This document shows, one piece after another, positions 63,001 through 64,000 of a stretch of 64,000 nucleotides of DNA. The notes under the pieces are model-generated. The model made no database searches. It was not told where the DNA came from and was given only the letters and a program-made list of their open reading frames with translations. Position numbers and translations under genes: made by a program. The stretch's first letter is position 1. Each line of letters opens with the position of its first letter. The stretch covers positions 2,048,001 to 2,112,000 of the forward strand of contig OY970176.1 in the NCBI GenBank assembly GCA_963707955.1, in the 5' to 3' direction. The stretch comes from Candidatus Bathyarchaeota archaeon. GTDB taxonomy: Archaea; Thermoproteota; Bathyarchaeia; Bathyarchaeales; Bathycorpusculaceae.

Positions 63001-64000
63001 CATGGACTATGTCTATATGGCACTTTTTCCCCCTTATGGTGCTTGGGAAGCCTACCAAAGTGCAAGCCCTGAGATGAAAGAAGTGTATACCTGTGGAGCA
63101 TTTGCAATAACAGGCTCAATGGGAAGAATTGTAGGAACAGCGAGTAGTTTCGTGGGCGCGGTAAGCGATGGATGGGCTTTTTTTACGAAAGCTGACGACA
63201 TAGAAAAGGGAATAATGGTTACCGAATACGGCGGAGCTGCGTTTGTGCTTGCATTAGGTGGCGGGGAGGCGGTTGGCGCTGCAGGATCTATACTTCTGGT
63301 CGGTGGCCTTGGGCAATGCGTATATGACGCATACAGAGTGGTTGCAAAAGGGGCAGAAGGGAGCATTGGATATTGTGTGTGCGTGCTGTCGAAAATAGGT
63401 ATGTGGTATTGTACTAACCGTCCTGTGGTGAGTGCTCAAGTCTGCATTGACCCTGCCTCTGTTGATGTGGTGCAGGCTGCTGCTGTTGTCAAATTCTCTC
63501 TTCCTTGGCCAATGGACACTTATAGACATCACAATGTCCGCTTGTACATAAATGGTGTTGAAATAGGCAACCTTACAAACACGATACCTCAGGGGTACTA
63601 TATTTTTCCGTTCAACAGCTCACTATTAAACTATGCGGCCAACGGTCCTTCAGAGAATACGATCACCATGAAAATGGATAATCTGAATGGCGGGCACTAT
63701 GTTGTCACATCAGATTGGGAGATAATTCTGCAATTAAAGCAAATTGCGCTCACGGTTGTAGCGTCAAATCAGACCGAGGCAGATAGCTTGGTGGAGCAGC
63801 TGAGCGGTGCAGTTGCTTGTTTGCCCGACTTTAACGTAGCTCCAGGCCTAGCTTTCTCGACATCCCAGCCAAGAGAAGGCCAAAGCATTACAATCACGGC
63901 AAACGTGTTGAACTTAGGAACTGTTGGAATGAGTTACGTTCCTGTCGACTTGTACGTTGACTCAGTGAAAGTCGAATCTGCAATTGTCAGCTTCCTTCCA
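60083..64000 (+). CDS. large secreted/cell-surface glycoprotein (PA-IL/LecA-like lectin, Ig/FN3-like and CARDB-like domains), partial
   Basis: Signal peptide; WTDT...ASGSW...GELIA...GELWLGCND...DNSG; many NxS/T sequons; same frame at the window end. Confidence 0.75.
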   Translation, partial: MYSYKRESKLVKYVAVLLIVLITVSFLPSIGFVQPAHAFSSVVTVTANPLWTDTELSVEIGQKVAINASGSWDWGAGVVGPDGTIGTAGGSDYFLYDANHGELIAFVGSDPYQGHWGDGSFFPQHTGYWNVGSSGQFISNKTGELWLGCNDAAVTKISGDNSGTVTASITITSGPVEVSITPSNATTSIGGVATYEIGIQNYENISDTFAINIQGVDPLWCSLSQQNMSLAAYGVANVTLDLVPAEDPAYAGTYWFNVTVSGTWGQGMATANLVVTKAPLMYGLAPDDNSTVGSTNILFSWETSSNASSEVYIKQTGDLTFNHILDTAGENHYVYATNLTRNADYVWYAYSETAYGNVSSNMRALHVSNGVSFTQRNYTFNVQRDYAQNESISVVNTDVVPHDLLLEATNPYDDLIVGFVGPGSVDENVTLQPGETKPLDFEVFAQDAMQQSYTFTVNLTNLGPEQITDYALVNVNVRQPNLNLTLTEDSTDPVTLTKTITATNYGDPITDLSVSSSDGLVGEVSFEPTVYHDDLPTGGSLTFQVVPVLTTDFTGIEGNITATGAGQVIATLQVNFTLPPGKSVYSATIPQVSIEFDNYYDTDDSPNTNPLLGQPVESYLANGTLIFASQIIVDVFQNNTPASGANVSLTVWDSTGAVASLEYTVTDFTGKALFNVVGPAGNYSYQAELVDYGLKTETRSFSVSTSPLYEIRSNGITWLDVSDESSTYNLTENMGTVTLTEAPFTFRATTATTGENATFALVLRWDLDVFKDVYILGSIQNDTLTFQTDGIPAGNFTAIVFYYSPATGLSVSPAINVTNADSTSMYIQGNYTYYTPFPFNSTYFIRLVTERSVSSRDPAVAFDLVNIEPADATGSLYQLEYVIVSNETVQKDFQFCVNTTEGELYNTTFHLNLEPATPVEVNFTVPVELSNGTLQGEFDATLSTDSASVTTMTTPQLSYIYDSRIWVGSDKGIMDYVYMALFPPYGAWEAYQSASPEMKEVYTCGAFAITGSMGRIVGTASSFVGAVSDGWAFFTKADDIEKGIMVTEYGGAAFVLALGGGEAVGAAGSILLVGGLGQCVYDAYRVVAKGAEGSIGYCVCVLSKIGMWYCTNRPVVSAQVCIDPASVDVVQAAAVVKFSLPWPMDTYRHHNVRLYINGVEIGNLTNTIPQGYYIFPFNSSLLNYAANGPSENTITMKMDNLNGGHYVVTSDWEIILQLKQIALTVVASNQTEADSLVEQLSGAVACLPDFNVAPGLAFSTSQPREGQSITITANVLNLGTVGMSYVPVDLYVDSVKVESAIVSFLP

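Overview
Archaeal chromosome segment. The PurP-family gene, TATA-like boxes and general gene content point to an archaeon; Bathyarchaeia is my inference. (1) 1-4.2 kb: host purine genes and a Ser/Thr kinase. (2) About 4.3-39 kb: a Caudoviricetes-type element. It has a full head-tail morphogenesis operon (terminase, portal, protease/scaffold, HK97-fold capsid, neck, tail tube, frameshifting chaperone, tape measure, receptor-binding proteins) that ends in an ABC-ATPase/GNAT fusion. A cassette-like island of nucleases and a restriction-modification system follows. I saw no replication gene and no intact integrase, so it may be a cryptic provirus or a GTA-like element. (3) 39-53 kb: host redox genes, class II RNR, a large helical-repeat protein and a methylmalonyl-CoA/transcarboxylase-like cluster. 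(4) An integrase remnant, an apparently exact tandem duplication with a 5,984-bp period (49006-60976), and a large surface protein running off the window end. Non-coding signals include intergenic (CG)n runs at gene-remnant junctions, shared promoter/RBS repeats in the island, twin long hairpins in the head module, and a 73-bp inverted repeat. All calls come from motif recognition by eye; no database searches were run.
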